Made by a program: the position numbers and the translations under genes. From the human T2T-CHM13v2.0 reference genome, Homo sapiens, in the NCBI RefSeq assembly GCF_009914755.1, contig NC_060940.1: a stretch of 64,000 nucleotides of DNA; one strand, 5' to 3'. The notes under the pieces are model-generated. The model saw only the letters and a list, made by a program, of their open reading frames with translations, had not been told where the DNA came from and made no database searches. This document shows positions 59,548-64,000 of this stretch, piece by piece. Position 1 is the stretch's first letter, and the number at the start of each line of letters is the position of its first letter.

Positions 59548-61306
59548 TTTTTCTTTCTTTTTTGTTTTTGAGATGGTCTCACTCTGTCACCCTGGTTGGA
59601 GTGCAGTGGTAGATCTCAGCTTACTGCAACCTCTGCCTCCTGGGCTTAAGCGATCCTCCCGCCTCAGCTTCCCAAGCAGCTTGGCACCACAGGCATGCAC
59701 CACCATGCCCCACTAATTTTTGTATTTTTTTGTAGAGATGGGGTTTTGCCATGTTGGCCAGCCTGGTCTCGAACTCCTGAGCTCAAGTGATCCACCTCAG
59801 CCTCCCAAAATGCTGGGATTACAGGTGTGAGCCACTGTGCCTGACCCAGCCTTGCTTTTTTAAATTTCCCAACTATAGTGGGGTGATTGTAGATATCACT
59901 TCAAATATCTCAGCGTACGCTAAACTATGTGTCAATTGTTAACAACAGTGAATATTGCTGATTTGACTCTAGAATTTTACTGCTTAGAAAAGAGAGAGGA
60001 GCCAGGACACAGTGGGAAGAGAGGCCAGAGGGAGATGAAGAATAGTAGGGTTGTTGGGAGGAGGAAGAAAAAAGAAAAAAAGTGAGAAGCTATAGCAAGT
60101 GTTTCCAAATGTAAGTATGTACAAGACTAACATAGGGAAAATACTAGCTTATTTATCATCTCTAATTTTTGGAGCAAAGGAATTTTGAGAGAATAATACT
60201 CTGAACTTTTTATTGCTCTCATAACAAATATTTTCTGCTGTCTTTATAGCAGAATCTTTAGTTTTTGTCTTATTCGTGAAGTGGAAATAACATGTGGAGC
60301 ACTGTGTGATCTCTCAATGTTTGTAAATTAAGTTTAGTGTAAAAATTCTGTGTAAGTGAAACATGTTATGAGGGATGGCAGAACTGGCATTCGAAACAGG
60401 AAATAGAATTTTAAGATATACTCATACATAATGTTTTATTGCCTTTTGTATTTTGATAGATTTTGTAGTTTATTACCTTGAATTATTATTTCTTTTCCTG
60501 AAGATAGAGAAATTTACATTACTTATAAACTTAAAAAAAACTTGTAAAAGAAAGATAGGTTTGAGCAGCACATATAAGCCTTTTTTTTTTTTTTTTGGTG
60601 GGGGACAGGGTCTTTGTCACTCAGACTGGAGTGCAGTGGGGCGTGATCATGGCTCATTGCAGCCTCCATCTCCTGGACTCAAGCAGTTCTCCTGCCTGAG
60701 CCTCCCCTGTAGTGAGCCACCAAGCCTGGCTAACTTTTTTTATTTTTTGTGGAGACAAGGTCTCACTTTGTTGCCCAGGCTGGACTCAAACTTCTGGCCT
60801 CCAGCAATCCTCCCACCTCAGCCTACCAAGGTGCCTGACAAATTTAATAAATGGTTGTTATAAAAAAATGGGTATCAAAAATAATGTGAAGAATAAGTCG
60901 TTTGTAATATTATTACCAAAAGATAATCACTGTTGCTGTTGTGTTATGTAAGATTCCAGTGAGATCTCTTGTTTGTCCTTTTGCCATTTCCCATATACAT
61001 ATTTTTAATTTTTTATTTTTTGTTGAGACGGAGTTTCACTTTTGTTGCCCAGGCTAAAGTTCAATGATGTGATCTTGGCTCACCACAACCTCCACATCCC
61101 AGTTTCAAGCAATTCTCCTGCCTCAGCCTCCCAAATAGCTGGGATTACAGGAATGCGCCACCACGCCCGGCTAATTTTGTATTTTTAGTAGAGACAAGGT
61201 TTCTCCATGTTCGTCAGGCTGGTCTTGAACTACCGACCTCAGGTGATCTGCCTGCCTCGGCCTCCCAAAGTGCTGGGATTACAGGCGTGAGCCACTGTGC
61301 CTGGCC
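59548..61306 (-). mobile_element. Three antisense Alus (59548-59848, 60581-60830, 61003-61306)
   Basis: Alu consensus. Confidence 0.88.
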
Positions 61307-61639
61307 AATATTTTTGAATTTTAAAGAAACAAAATTGAGATCATATAGTTCACACTTTCTGGCAAATTGCTTTTTAACCTTCCAATGAATATGATGCATA
61401 CATTTTCCATGGCATTAAGTATTTTTCTAAAAATGATTTTGAGTGGCTGAATAATTTGTAATGGTTTAGCAACCATTGTAATGTTGCTAAAGTTCCATAT
61501 AAAAGTAAGGTTATTACTGAGATCTGGAAAAATCTGAATCAAGGTGATTAAAATATCTTCATATTTTTATCGCATATATTACTGTAATAATTGAATTTAA
61601 AGTAGAAGCATAGTAATAAAAAATTAGAATAGGTAAGAC

Positions 61640-61870
61640 ATATAGCATTTACATTGTGCCAAGCACTGTTCTGAATACTTAACATATGTTATCACATTGA
61701 TCCATCACAACCATCCTTTTATTTGGATATGATTTTTTTCCTTCAATCTGCATGGTTGGAAACTGAGATACAGAGAAGTTAAGTAATAAACCCCAAGTCA
61801 CACAGCCAGTAAATGGCCATACTGGATTCAAACCCTATTTGACTCCATTATTTCTGGTCTTAACAACTTT
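61640..61870 (-). mobile_element. MIR
   Basis: gaaactgagatacagagaagttaagtaa...aagtcacacagccagtaaatggc. Confidence 0.75.
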
Positions 61871-62088
61871 CACTTTACTTAAAAGCATATTAATACATTG
61901 TAATATTTAACAATAATGTACTAAATGATTTCTTCCCTCTTCTGCCATTGAAAAATTAAAAACTGGCTTTAGAATCTTTAAGTGGCAAAGACCATGCCTC
62001 TCATGTTTTCTGGCTATATTCACAATCGTTTATCTATTAGCAGAGGAAGAACCAATGCCAAAAGAAAACAAACAAAAAAGCTCAACTA

Positions 62089-62848
<760 letters not shown>

Positions 62849-64000
62849 TAGAGGTCATTATTAGGCCGTGTAAGTAGAAGTCACAGAAAAGCAGACTGTC
62901 ATTTAATTTAAGGAAGAAGTTTGAAATAAAGCTTTTCACTGAAAGCAGGGAGATGGAATAGCTTAGATATGTCACAGAAAGAATTTCTGTAGCAGGTGGA
63001 AAATGGACTAAATTGGAGGGTTATTTCAACTCTTAAGATTCTATGGTTGTAATTTTAGGTTTTATTATAGGATATAACATTCATATTGCCTATTTAGCTC
63101 CTGAGTGGCAATTACAAAAGGTGAAGAAAGGTAAACACATGACAAGTCCTCCACTATCCAATTATGTCAGGAAATTATTTGTTATAGATGAATAAATTTT
63201 CCAGATAGATGGAATATATTTTAGCAAGACTCAAAAACTTTAATTACATGGATCTTTTCATTTCCCCCACCCCAGAAGGTAATGGTGGTGGTGGTAGAAT
63301 GCTCTGTTAGAACAAGATGAAAATAATTTTAAAGGGAGGTCTCATATGTTTACATTTTTGACAGTTATTCTTAATACCTCCAGGAATTACCCTAACTTAA
63401 TGTATTCGATTGAAATACATTAGATATTTGAAAATCATCTTAAGCAGAAAGAGTTAATTTTATATATATTAGTTATTATAAAAGAGAGGAAAACCTATAT
63501 AAAACTAAAGCAATGCTCACACCCAAGCTATTTGCTGTTTTTTTTCCTAAGGTACTTTAGTTATAGCATACTATTTTAAAAAATGGTACCTTTTCCTAAG
63601 TCAAAAAAGCATCAGATGTACGCACAATTAAAACACTTGTCACTCTACTTTTGCCCTAAGCAAAAAGAAGAAAAATGACTTATAAAATATTTAGATTGTC
63701 TCCTTGAATGATTAAAACTTTTATAAGGTACCATCCCTCTATTTTTCAGAATTTGTTTAAATCTTTATGCATTTGGCATGGTATTACTTATAAAAGTTTC
63801 AGAATTCCTAATTGTCTGACTAAGCCAAAGCATAAAATAGAAATTCTGTCTAGGAATTTCTTTCAGTTGTTTTTTCACTTAAAGTGGACTACTTCTTGGT
63901 TTTGTTATTTCTGTCAGATCTTCTGTATTAAAATGTTCTATTTTAACTGGGAAATTATAGAATATTAGCTAGTTCTGAAATACATCCTAGTTATTAAACT

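Overview
Primate (human-like) genomic DNA from the 5' part of CHD9, gene on the + strand. The only supportable coding sequence is a 1,616-nt internal exon (53723-55338): 164 nt of 5' UTR, then ATG 53887 and 484 codons (MTDPMMDFFDDANLFG...LCLQRQ), ending at a phase-0 CAG|GTATGT donor. A CpG-island promoter at about 27850-29800 has paired CCAAT boxes, an octamer, a duplicated TGACGTGGC element and at least two candidate first exons (donors 28810 and 29070). From memory, CHD9 also has a more distal TSS upstream of this window, which would make the left 28 kb intronic too; I cannot check that here. The rest is mostly transposon-derived: about 70 Alus or Alu fragments by manual count, plus L1, L2, MIR, THE1 and MST LTRs, Tigger3, MER1B and MADE1. 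Nearly all other entries in the ORF track are Alu or GC-rich artefacts. I see no new gene or prokaryote-style system. The best candidate for undescribed biology is the CHD9 5'-end control layout: (1) a chain of uORFs linked by stop/start overlaps (ATGA, TAATG, TGATG, GTGA) leading into the main frame; (2) a back-splice product that would encode a 489-aa protein ending QDFDTS; (3) a MIR-derived cassette exon that adds a uORF; (4) an exon-2 branch point apparently supplied by an L1 insertion. These functional readings are hypotheses from manual reading. Repeat boundaries and subfamilies are approximate.
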